A stretch of 24,935 nt of DNA. It comes from Candidatus Staskawiczbacteria bacterium (lineage in GTDB: Bacteria; Patescibacteriota; Minisyncoccia; Minisyncoccales; Staskawiczbacteraceae). Positions 14,253 through 22,207 of this stretch are shown in pieces; the first letter of the stretch is position 1; each line of letters starts with the position of its first letter. The stretch covers positions 1-24,935 of the forward strand of contig JAPLZD010000047.1 of NCBI GenBank assembly GCA_026395195.1. Direction: 5' to 3'. The position numbers and the translations under genes are program-made. Under the pieces are notes generated by a model. It saw nothing but the letters and a program-made list of their open reading frames with translations. It searched no databases and was not told where the DNA came from.

Positions 14253-14618
14253 TTATTCAAATCTAAGCCTTTTAATTTGTTGGGCTCTTAATTTATTTTT
14301 TGTAAGCATTCCCATTACTGCTGTTCTCAAAACTTCCTTTGGCCCCCTCTTAATCAAAACTTCTTTTAATGTTGCTTCTTTTAAATTTCCCAGATATCCG
14401 GTAAATCTGAAGTAGCTTTTATTCTCTAATTTGTTGCCGGTAAATTTCATTTGGTCTATATTTTTTACCAAAACAGTGTCGCCCATATCTTTATACAAAA
14501 CAAAATTTGGCTTGTTTTTCCCTCGCAATAAAACAGCAACTTCAACAGCCAATCTTCCTAAAGATTTATTGGCTGCATCAACTGAAATAACTTTTCTATT
14601 TATTTTTTCTGCCGGCAT
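14253..14618 (-). CDS. rplM: 50S ribosomal protein L13
   Basis: VDAANKSLGRLA...LLRGKNKP...DMGDTV, FTGYLGNL, AVMGMLTKNKL. Confidence 0.95.
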   Translation of the reverse strand: MPAEKINRKVISVDAANKSLGRLAVEVAVLLRGKNKPNFVLYKDMGDTVLVKNIDQMKFTGNKLENKSYFRFTGYLGNLKEATLKEVLIKRGPKEVLRTAVMGMLTKNKLRAQQIKRLRFE

Positions 14619-14619
14619 A

Positions 14620-14970
14620 TTATTTCACTAATTCAATTATGGCCATTTTTGCTCCGTCTGAATTACGAGGTCCAAGTTTTATAATTCTTGTATATCCCCC
14701 ATTTCTATCCTTATATTTTGGAGCTATTTGTTCGACTATCTTTTTTGTCATTTTAGGAGTTAATTCTTTAGCCAGCAATCTGCGGTTGAATACTGTGGCG
14801 TCTTTAGCTCTGGTAATCATTTTTTCTACAAGCGATCTTAATTCCTTGGCTTTTGCCTCGGTTGTTTTCATTTTTTCATGCAATAAAAAATTATTAGCTA
14901 ATGATTTAAAAAGCTGTTTTCTCGGCCCGACTTTCATAGAAAATTTTCTACCGCTGTTTCTTTTTCTCAT
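14620..14970 (-). CDS. rplQ: 50S ribosomal protein L17
   Basis: KTTEAKAKELR, RNGGYTRIIKLGPRNSDGAKMAIIELV. Confidence 0.96.
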   Translation of the reverse strand: MRKRNSGRKFSMKVGPRKQLFKSLANNFLLHEKMKTTEAKAKELRSLVEKMITRAKDATVFNRRLLAKELTPKMTKKIVEQIAPKYKDRNGGYTRIIKLGPRNSDGAKMAIIELVK

Positions 14971-14971
14971 T

Positions 14972-15910
14972 TTATTCTTCTTTCAACTCCAAACCTAATT
15001 TTTTAATCTTTCTTTTCACTTCTGACAGAGCTTTTTCTCCCATGCCCTCTAATTCCGACAAACTTTTTTCTGATTTCTTTGCAATTCCTCCCACTGTTTT
15101 TATGCCGTTATTTAACAAGGCATTCAAGGTTCTGCCGGTGAGTTTTAGGTCTTCTACCAGAAGTTTTGTAACATCTTCTTCTGTCTTCTCCTCTTTTTCC
15201 TCTGATTTTTCTTTCTTCTCCTCTTTTCCGGCTTTTCCCTCAAAAATAATATTAAAATGTTTTATTAAAATATCACAGGCTTCAAAAAATGATTCTTCCG
15301 GAGTAATAGTGCCGTCTGTTTCAATTTCCAAAGACAGCTTATCAAAATCTGTCCTATCGCCAACTCTCATATTTTCAACACTAAAATTTACATTTTTTAT
15401 TGGAGTATATATAGCATCAATTGCAATAGCTCCAATTTCTGCTTTTCCTCTTTTTGCCTGATCTTTGGGAACGTACCCAATTCCTTTTTGTATTGTAAGC
15501 GCAATTTCTAATTCAGTTTTCTTGTCTGTGATGGTTGCAATCTGCAAATCGGGATTTACCAGCTTTACCTGCGGGGGGCATTTGAATTCTTTTCCAATAA
15601 CCGGGCCTTCTCCCTTGGCCTTCATTTCTATTTTATAGGTATCGCCCTCAAAAATTTTAAATCTTAAATTTTTTATATTTAAAAGAATCATTATTACGTC
15701 CTCTAAAACTCCGGGAATTGTTGAAAATTCGTGCGGAACTCCTTTTATTTTAACTTCTGTCACAGCTGCTCCCTGCAAAGATGACAACAAAACTCTTCTT
15801 AAAGAGTTTCCAATGGTAACTCCATAGCCAGGATATAATCCCTCGATTTCAAATACGGCCTGATTTTTCTTCTTTTGGATTACTTTTGGCGGTAACGGAA
15901 GTGGAATCAT
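14972..15910 (-). CDS. rpoA: RNA polymerase alpha subunit
   Basis: GYGVTIGNSLRRVLLSSLQGAA, HEFSTIPGVLED, RVGDRTDFDKL, alpha-CTD. Confidence 0.97.
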   Translation of the reverse strand: MIPLPLPPKVIQKKKNQAVFEIEGLYPGYGVTIGNSLRRVLLSSLQGAAVTEVKIKGVPHEFSTIPGVLEDVIMILLNIKNLRFKIFEGDTYKIEMKAKGEGPVIGKEFKCPPQVKLVNPDLQIATITDKKTELEIALTIQKGIGYVPKDQAKRGKAEIGAIAIDAIYTPIKNVNFSVENMRVGDRTDFDKLSLEIETDGTITPEESFFEACDILIKHFNIIFEGKAGKEEKKEKSEEKEEKTEEDVTKLLVEDLKLTGRTLNALLNNGIKTVGGIAKKSEKSLSELEGMGEKALSEVKRKIKKLGLELKEE

Positions 15911-15936
15911 AATTTGTTAGTTTGCTTAATTATAAA

Positions 15937-16566
15937 TTAACGTGAATAAAATTCGAATATTGATGAAATTTCTGCCGGAGGTTTAACTTCATCAATGTTA
16001 GGATCCCCGATAGATTTTGCTTCTAATTTATCTTTTTCCAATACAAGCCAGGCAGGCGTTTCGTGCTTCTTTAGCTGGGCTGATATTTCCTTAAAAATTC
16101 CTTTGGCTTTTTTATTTTCCTTGACGCTTACCACGTCTCCTTTTTTAACCTCATATGAAGGAATATTTACCGGCTTGCCGTTTACTTTAAAATAACCGTG
16201 AGAAACCATCTGGCGCGCCTGAACCCTAGATTTTGCAAGCCCCATTCTAAAAACAACATTATCCAATCTGATTTCCAATCTTTTAATAAGCTCTGCGGAA
16301 ACGTTTTCAACCTTGCCCATTTTTTCAAGAGTTTCTTTTACATATCTTTTAAACTGTTTTTCTGAGAGCCCATACCATTTTTTAAGAGTTTGCTTTTCTT
16401 CTAAAGATTTTTTATATTCTGACGGAGCTCCGCCCCTTTTCTTTTTTTGCAGGCCCGGCGCATATGCTCTTCTTACCATCGCGCATTTTGTAGAAAAACA
16501 ACGATCGCCCTTTAAAAAGAGTTTTTGTCCCAATCTTCTGCAGGTTTTACATTGATCGTATTGCAT
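15937..16566 (-). CDS. rpsD: 30S ribosomal protein S4 (four-Cys form)
   Basis: CKTCRR...RCFSTKC, LEIRLDNVVFRMG, ARQMVSHG, IFEFYSR. Confidence 0.96.
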   Translation of the reverse strand: MQYDQCKTCRRLGQKLFLKGDRCFSTKCAMVRRAYAPGLQKKKRGGAPSEYKKSLEEKQTLKKWYGLSEKQFKRYVKETLEKMGKVENVSAELIKRLEIRLDNVVFRMGLAKSRVQARQMVSHGYFKVNGKPVNIPSYEVKKGDVVSVKENKKAKGIFKEISAQLKKHETPAWLVLEKDKLEAKSIGDPNIDEVKPPAEISSIFEFYSR

Positions 16567-16575
16567 ATTTAAAAA

Positions 16576-17031
16576 TTAAACCCTCCTAGTTTTTTTAGGC
16601 CTGCATCCATTGTGAGGAATAGGCGTTACATCTTTAATCGAAACAACATTCAAACCCTGGGCCACTAAGCTTCTTACTGCCGACTCGCGGCCGGCTCCAA
16701 TTCCCCTGATTAAAACCGACACTCTTTCAATTCCCATTTTTTTGCAGGCATTCGCAATTGTTTCGGCAACTTTTGAGGCTGCAAAAGAAGTTGATTTTTT
16801 TGTTCCCTTGAATCCGACTGCTCCAGCTGACTTCCAAGCCAAAACTTGCCCCTTTGAATTTGTCAGGGTTACAATTGTATTGTTATAAGAAGAGGATACG
16901 TAAATTTTCCCCTCCTGAACTCCAACCGTGGTAGATTTTACTTTCACTTCTTTCCCGACTGTCTTATCAATTTTTTCCTGCTCTTTTACCGCCTCTTCTT
17001 GGTTTGTTTCTATTATATGTTTTTTTCCCAT
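16576..17031 (-). CDS. rpsK: 30S ribosomal protein S11
   Basis: SSYNNTIVTLT, GFKGTKKST, GIGAGRESAVR, DVTPIPHNGCRPKK. Confidence 0.96.
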   Translation of the reverse strand: MGKKHIIETNQEEAVKEQEKIDKTVGKEVKVKSTTVGVQEGKIYVSSSYNNTIVTLTNSKGQVLAWKSAGAVGFKGTKKSTSFAASKVAETIANACKKMGIERVSVLIRGIGAGRESAVRSLVAQGLNVVSIKDVTPIPHNGCRPKKTRRV

Positions 17032-17045
17032 TTTTCAATTTTAGT

Positions 17046-17435
17046 TTATGTTGGTGCTGCAGGTGGTTTTCTGCCAGAACCCATTGTCTTTCTGACATTT
17101 CCCCTGACTGTTCTGTTATTTGTTTTTGTCCTTTGTCCTCTGACCGGCAATCCTTTAATATGCCTTAATCCCCTCCAGGCTCCAATATCTTTCAATCTTT
17201 TGACATTAATCATAACCTGCCTTCTTAAGTCTCCTTCAATTTTGTAAGTTTTCTCAATAAAGTCTTTCAAATCATTAACTTCTTTGGCCGACAAATCGGA
17301 TGCTTTTTTGTTTATGTCTATCTTCAACGCATCTAAAATTTTCTTGCTCAAAGGCCTGCCTATACCATAAATATAAGTTAAGGCAATTTCTATTCTTTTG
17401 TTTTCGGGAATATTTACCCCGGCAATTCTTGGCAT
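17046..17435 (-). CDS. rpsM: 30S ribosomal protein S13
   Basis: MPRIAGVNIP, LTYIYGIG, EGDLRR, RHIKGLPVRGQRTKTN. Confidence 0.97.
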   Translation of the reverse strand: MPRIAGVNIPENKRIEIALTYIYGIGRPLSKKILDALKIDINKKASDLSAKEVNDLKDFIEKTYKIEGDLRRQVMINVKRLKDIGAWRGLRHIKGLPVRGQRTKTNNRTVRGNVRKTMGSGRKPPAAPT

Positions 17436-17440
17436 GTTTT

Positions 17441-17557
17441 TTAACCTTGTCTCTGCTTGTGTTTTGGATTTTTCTTACAAATAACGTAAATCCGCCCCTC
17501 TCTTCTGACGATTTTGCAATCCTTGCACATTTTTTTTAATGACGGCCTAATTTTCAT
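17441..17557 (-). CDS. rpmJ: 50S ribosomal protein L36 (below the ORF-track length cutoff)
   Basis: Manual translation [38 protein letters not shown]; canonical position between infA and rpsM; CxxC/C/H zinc ligands. Confidence 0.96.
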   Translation of the reverse strand: MKIRPSLKKMCKDCKIVRREGRIYVICKKNPKHKQRQG

Positions 17558-17577
17558 TTTATTATTGAAAAACCAAA

Positions 17578-17615
17578 AAAATATCTAGTTTAAAATATCT
17601 CAAACTAAATATTTT
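17578..17615 (-). other. AU-rich 14-bp hairpin in the infA-rpmJ spacer
   Basis: aaaatatctagttt / aaactaaatatttt: 13 Watson-Crick pairs plus one G-U on the mRNA strand, 10-nt loop. Confidence 0.5.
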
Positions 17616-17618
17616 ACA

Positions 17619-17852
17619 CTATTTTAACCTGTATACAATTCTGCCTTTGCTATCATCATACGGGGTCATTTCTACGGAAACTTTATCTCCGGGCAAAATG
17701 GTAATTCTATTCATTCTCATTTTTCCGGAAAGAAATCCCAAAATCTCTTTTCCGTCTTCTAAAACTATCCTAAAAAAGGCGTTGGGTAAAGCCTCGGTGA
17801 CTCTTCCTTCTTTTTTTATAATTTGGCCCTTTTTATCTTCGTTTTGCGGCAT
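17619..17852 (-). CDS. infA: Translation initiation factor IF-1
   Basis: [42 protein letters not shown]. Confidence 0.96.
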   Translation of the reverse strand: MPQNEDKKGQIIKKEGRVTEALPNAFFRIVLEDGKEILGFLSGKMRMNRITILPGDKVSVEMTPYDDSKGRIVYRLK

Positions 17853-17867
17853 TTAGAATATAATAAT

Positions 17868-17896
17868 ATGATAGCAAAATAACCCGAAAAGGTCAA
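17868..17896 (-). promoter_or_regulatory. Sigma70 promoter TTGACC-N17-TATCAT (with TGn extension) for the infA...rpsI operon
   Basis: -35 at 17891-17896, -10 at 17868-17873, 17-bp spacer ending in TGC. Confidence 0.75.
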
Positions 17897-17904
17897 TAGC
17901 ACCC

Positions 17905-19200
17905 TTAGAATTTTACTTCTACTTCTACGGCTTTCTGGCTATTGGGGGCCGAGGTCACCCAAAACGGCCAAAAGTTGATTTGGACCTTAGAAACCTGATC
18001 ACCCAGCAAATTGCTTATGGTTTCATTTATTTGAGCATAATTTTTTCCCGTCAAAGATGTCGCCACTGAAAGTTTATCTATATCCTGATAAGTGCCCGAC
18101 GAGAAATCAAGACTAAGAGTTTCTTTTCCGCCGGAAATATCAACTGTGCCCGCTGAATAATTCACTTTAAAACTGCTGTCCAATAAAGTTTTTCCTTGGG
18201 ACAATTGGGAGATAAGATAATCTTTGGCAAATTTTTCAGCATCGGCTTTTTTAAATGCCAAAGCCGTTGCCTTTACTGTAGCCTGATATGTAAAATTGTC
18301 AGCAACTGTGCCCGGCTTTGTCTGAGTTGATCCGTCGACATTTTCAGAGGAAATTGCATTGTCCAGCAAAATATAGTCAGAAGGAATCTGGCTCTTAAGC
18401 TCTGCGGCTGCTTCATCTGCGGCCTTTTTTGTGAGAGCATCCTTGGCTCCTTGAATATCGTCATCGGTTACCTTTTTTACTTTGCCGGCATATCCTCCCG
18501 ACATTGCCGATTTCGATACTCCATATACGCTGTAGTAATACGCAGTCCCTTTCAAACCCGGAATTGAAAAATTAGATGGAGCAATATTATAATTTTCCCC
18601 TCCTTCTACTGCTTGAATTTTTACATCTACCGACCCCGGCACAATTTTGCCTCCGCTTTTTGTTGCCGCCGGCACTACAATTTTTTGCAAAGCAGTAAAA
18701 AGTTTTCCGGAATCAGACAAAAAATGCGTGCCGGCCTTTAATGTAAGCGGAGTTGCCGGATCATATTTATTATAAACTGTGATAGTGCCAGATGCCTGCC
18801 CCTCATTATTTGCATTTCCGGTTGCCGGAAAGTCCTGGGATATTGTTTTTGATACTTCAAAATATTTTGCCGGAATAACAAATTTATCAAGATCAACTGC
18901 ATCAGCCGATTTATCGGCCATCACAACCTGTTTAAAGCTTAAAGTATCTACTTTGGGCCAAATCTGAATGTCGGCCTTAGGTAATTTAAAATATAAATAT
19001 ACAACAGCGCCAAAAACTATTACAAAAATTACTGCAAAAAGCAGAGGGCGCAAAGAGCGTTCTTCTTTTCTGGCGCGGGCGCGCGGTTTTTCGACTTTTC
19101 GCGAACGGGATTTTTTGTCTTCCCCTAAAAATTCCTTGATTCCGTCTCCCACTTCTTTGGCTAATTTGGGCGGTTTGATGTCGTATATTTTGCGTGGCAT
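17905..19200 (-). CDS. Single-pass membrane protein of unknown function with a baseplate-J-like region (CPR-type family)
   Basis: MPRKIYDIKPP start, basic linker, TM helix, then GTITVYN...LKAGTHF...V.IQAVEGGENYNIAP, which resembles baseplate J/gp47-type folds (recognised by eye). Confidence 0.6.
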   Translation of the reverse strand: MPRKIYDIKPPKLAKEVGDGIKEFLGEDKKSRSRKVEKPRARARKEERSLRPLLFAVIFVIVFGAVVYLYFKLPKADIQIWPKVDTLSFKQVVMADKSADAVDLDKFVIPAKYFEVSKTISQDFPATGNANNEGQASGTITVYNKYDPATPLTLKAGTHFLSDSGKLFTALQKIVVPAATKSGGKIVPGSVDVKIQAVEGGENYNIAPSNFSIPGLKGTAYYYSVYGVSKSAMSGGYAGKVKKVTDDDIQGAKDALTKKAADEAAAELKSQIPSDYILLDNAISSENVDGSTQTKPGTVADNFTYQATVKATALAFKKADAEKFAKDYLISQLSQGKTLLDSSFKVNYSAGTVDISGGKETLSLDFSSGTYQDIDKLSVATSLTGKNYAQINETISNLLGDQVSKVQINFWPFWVTSAPNSQKAVEVEVKF

Positions 19201-19215
19201 AGCTTTATTGAAAAA

Positions 19216-20877
19216 TTAATTTTTTTCTAAAATTGCTTTTATTCGTCTGACTCCCGATGAGGAGCTTTCTTCTTTTTGAATTTTAAAATGACCCAAAGTT
19301 CCAGTTCTCTCCACATGTGGCCCTCCGCAAATTTCTTTGCTGACGTTTTCATCTCCTTTTCCCACAAAATAAACTTTTATCATTTCTCCATATTTAGACT
19401 CAAAAACTCCCATAGCCCCAAGCTCTTTAGCTTTTTCCAAGGTCATTTCTTCAAACCAAACAGGCAGGTCTTTTTCTATTATACCATTTACAAAATTTTC
19501 CACATCTTTTATTTGTCCACTGGTCATTTTCTCCTTATGTGAAAAGTCAAATCTTAGTCTTTCGGCAGTTATATTGCTTCCTTTCTGATAAACATCTTCG
19601 CCCAAGACTTTTCTAAGGCCAGCCAGCATTAAATGCGCCGCAGTATGCAATTTTGTTGTTTGCTCTGAATGGTCGGCAAGCCCGCCCTTAAACATTCCGG
19701 CCGAAGCAGTCCTCGAAAGCTCCTGATGTTTTTTTAATTCTTCTTCAAAATCTTCCTGCTTTAAATGTTTAGTTTTACTTGGGTCTAATTCTTTTAAAAT
19801 ATCAAACGGCAAACCAAAGCTTTGGTACAAATAAAATGCTTTTTCTGCATTAATATCTTTTATTTTTGAATACTCTGCAATTCCCTTTCCTAAGGTTTCC
19901 AAAAACTTTTTTCTTTCATCTGAAAAAACTTCTGACTTAATTAAATTATCTAAAAAATCTATTTTAGCTAAAAATTCGTAAGCCACAATGCGCCTTATCA
20001 GGCGCCTCAAAACATATCCCTGCTCTTTGTTTGACGGCCTCACGCCATCTGCAATTAAAGCATTAATGGCTCTGGCATGGTCTGCTATTATTCTTTTTTT
20101 ACGCTCGTCTAATTCTTCCGGAATCAATTTTATAATCGGTAAAAATAAATCTGTTTCGTAAACATTTTCTTTTCCGTTTAAGACACACAAAGTTCTTTCT
20201 AGGCCCATTCCGGTATCAACATTTTTTTGAGATGCTGGATTATAATTTCCATTTTCATCTTTTACATACTGCATAAAAACATCATTCCAGATTTCAACCC
20301 AATTTTTATTGCTTATATCCTTTGCCGGCTCGCCCGCACCTCGCCAATAAAACATTTCCGTGTCCGGACCGCATGGCCCCGTTTGCCCAGCCGGACCCCA
20401 CCAATTATCTTTCTTCGGCAAAAAATAGATTCTATCCTTAGATGCTCCTAACGATTCCCAAATTTCTGCCGACTCTAAATCTTTTGGCGCATCTTTGTCT
20501 CCGGCAAAACAGGTAAATGCCAATTTTTCTAATGGCAATTTTAATTCTTTTGTTAAAAACTCAAAAGACCATTTTATTGCCTCATCTTTCCAATAATCTC
20601 CCATAGACCAATTTCCCAGCATTTCAAAAAATGTTAAATGAGTGTCGTCGCCAACGTCATCAATGTCTCCGGTTCTTATGCATTTTTGGCAATTAACCAG
20701 TCTTTTTCCTTCAGGGTGTTTTTGGCCCAATAAATATGGCACCAATGGATGCATTCCGGCAGTTGTAAATAAAACCGTCGGATCATTTTCTGGAATCAAA
20801 GAAGCCGAGGGAATTATCGCATGCCCTTTTTCTTTAAAAAAGTTTAAAAACTTATCTCGTAATTCTTCCGAGGTCAT
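19216..20877 (-). CDS. alaS: Alanyl-tRNA synthetase, compact form lacking C-Ala
   Basis: LFTTAGM, QKCIRTGD, HLTFFEMLGNWS, VDTGMGLER, GYVLRRLIRR; editing motifs HTAAH and CGGPH; 553 aa. Confidence 0.96.
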   Translation of the reverse strand: MTSEELRDKFLNFFKEKGHAIIPSASLIPENDPTVLFTTAGMHPLVPYLLGQKHPEGKRLVNCQKCIRTGDIDDVGDDTHLTFFEMLGNWSMGDYWKDEAIKWSFEFLTKELKLPLEKLAFTCFAGDKDAPKDLESAEIWESLGASKDRIYFLPKKDNWWGPAGQTGPCGPDTEMFYWRGAGEPAKDISNKNWVEIWNDVFMQYVKDENGNYNPASQKNVDTGMGLERTLCVLNGKENVYETDLFLPIIKLIPEELDERKKRIIADHARAINALIADGVRPSNKEQGYVLRRLIRRIVAYEFLAKIDFLDNLIKSEVFSDERKKFLETLGKGIAEYSKIKDINAEKAFYLYQSFGLPFDILKELDPSKTKHLKQEDFEEELKKHQELSRTASAGMFKGGLADHSEQTTKLHTAAHLMLAGLRKVLGEDVYQKGSNITAERLRFDFSHKEKMTSGQIKDVENFVNGIIEKDLPVWFEEMTLEKAKELGAMGVFESKYGEMIKVYFVGKGDENVSKEICGGPHVERTGTLGHFKIQKEESSSSGVRRIKAILEKN

Positions 20878-20885
20878 TATCCTTT

Positions 20886-20914
20886 ATTTTACACTAAAAA
20901 ATAATTTCCCGCAA
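20886..20914 (-). promoter_or_regulatory. Putative alaS promoter TTGCGG-N17-TAAAAT
   Basis: -35 at 20909-20914, -10 at 20886-20891, 17-bp spacer, 8 nt to the ATG. Confidence 0.5.
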
Positions 20915-20935
20915 CCTGCCTGGCCGGCAGGCAGG
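20915..20935. repeat. GC-rich REP-like palindrome CCTGCCTG-g-CCGG-CAGGCAGG
   Basis: Near-perfect 21-bp palindrome with one unpaired G, in an AT-rich spacer. Confidence 0.75.
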
Positions 20936-20940
20936 CAATC

Positions 20941-20961
20941 AAAAACCCCGCTAAGCGAGGC
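20941..20961 (-). terminator. Intrinsic terminator after the YkuK-like gene
   Basis: Minus strand GCCTCGC-TTA-GCGGGGT followed by TTTT; needs G-U pairs that form only on this strand. Confidence 0.6.
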
Positions 20962-20966
20962 TAATT

Positions 20967-21488
20967 TTAGGTGTATCGGTCGGCAACGACTGTGGCGGCG
21001 AAGGATTGGGGTTTTATGCGCGGGGTAAAGCCGTTGCTTATAATCAAGCCTGTTACCACTTTTACCATTTCTTTTGTCTTGCCGACTTCCCCAACATCTG
21101 CATGTATATATTCAAATTGATACTTTAAACCCAGTTTATTTTCTTCTTCCAAGGTTTCTCGTAAAGACAAAGCCAGTTCGCAAGATAAATAAACTTCCTG
21201 TAAAATTCTGTTTTTCCAATTGATATTTGCAAACCTTTTCAAAAAATTATCCGGATATTGCATCTTTTTCAAAAAAAATCTTCCTCCGGCTCCGGTTCGT
21301 AAAACCACAATTGCAATTGGAAAAAACGGCTTGTCAGATGAGGGCGAATCGCACCCAACCACAACTTCATACTTATACTCCGGCATTTCCGACATATAAC
21401 CAAAAATCTCTTTTATAACCTCATCTAAGCTCAAATTTCCCTTGCTGGGGCTGAAAAAATGCCCGTTATTTAATATCTCGCTTGCCAT
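20967..21488 (-). CDS. RNase H-like YkuK (DUF458) family protein
   Basis: VVVGCDS...AIVV.R.G.GGRFF, RILQEVYLSCELA, IHADVG..GKTKEMV..VTG...KP.SFAATVVADRYT. Confidence 0.8.
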   Translation of the reverse strand: MASEILNNGHFFSPSKGNLSLDEVIKEIFGYMSEMPEYKYEVVVGCDSPSSDKPFFPIAIVVLRTGAGGRFFLKKMQYPDNFLKRFANINWKNRILQEVYLSCELALSLRETLEEENKLGLKYQFEYIHADVGEVGKTKEMVKVVTGLIISNGFTPRIKPQSFAATVVADRYT

Positions 21489-21502
21489 AGCTCACCATAC
21501 TA

Positions 21503-22207
21503 CTATTCTGCTGATTTGACAATCTTTAAGAATTCTTCAGCGTCTAACGATGCCCCGCCTACTAACAATCCATTTGCTCCAGCTTGTTTTATGTATGCCC
21601 CGGAGTTTTCACTTTTTACACTTCCGCCATAAATAATTATTGTTTCTGGCTTTACAAATTTTCTTATAAAATCAATTGATTCTTTTGTTTCTTCAACACT
21701 GCAATTATTTCCAGTCCCAATTGCCCACACCGGCTCGTAGGCAACATTTATGTTATCAATATCAACAACATCTTTTAATCCTTGCTGAATTTGTCTTTGC
21801 AAGACTTCCTGGGTTTCACCCTGCTCTCTTTCTTCCGCGGTTTCTCCAACACAAAAAATAATTTTCAGCCCGACTTCCAAAGCTTTTTTTATTTTTTTGT
21901 TTACAGTTTCATCTGTTTCTCCAAAATATTTTCTTCTTTCAGAGTGGCCAATAATTACATATTCAACACCCAAATCTTTTAGCATTACAGCTGAAATTTC
22001 TCCTGTAAACGCTCCTTTCTCTTCCCAAAATATATTTTGCGCTCCAAGCGCCGAACCTTTTAGTGAAGATAAAAAAAGATCTGGCGGACAGATAACAACT
22101 TCCGAAGCTACATCTTTAATGCCTTTTTTTACAGCATCAAAAAGTTCTTGGGCTTCTTTTTTCGAATTTGGATTCATTTTCCAATTTCCTGCAATCAAAT
22201 TTTTCAT
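21503..22207 (-). CDS. tpiA: Triosephosphate isomerase
   Basis: AGNWKMN, GHSERR, AYEPVWAIGTG, YGGSV, GLLVGGASL. Confidence 0.97.
   Translation of the reverse strand: MKNLIAGNWKMNPNSKKEAQELFDAVKKGIKDVASEVVICPPDLFLSSLKGSALGAQNIFWEEKGAFTGEISAVMLKDLGVEYVIIGHSERRKYFGETDETVNKKIKKALEVGLKIIFCVGETAEEREQGETQEVLQRQIQQGLKDVVDIDNINVAYEPVWAIGTGNNCSVEETKESIDFIRKFVKPETIIIYGGSVKSENSGAYIKQAGANGLLVGGASLDAEEFLKIVKSAE

Noticed and set aside
17905-19200. Prophage or contractile injection system
   Set aside because: Only one baseplate-like gene, which carries a TM anchor. No terminase, capsid, sheath, integrase or att-like repeats; flanked by infA and alaS.
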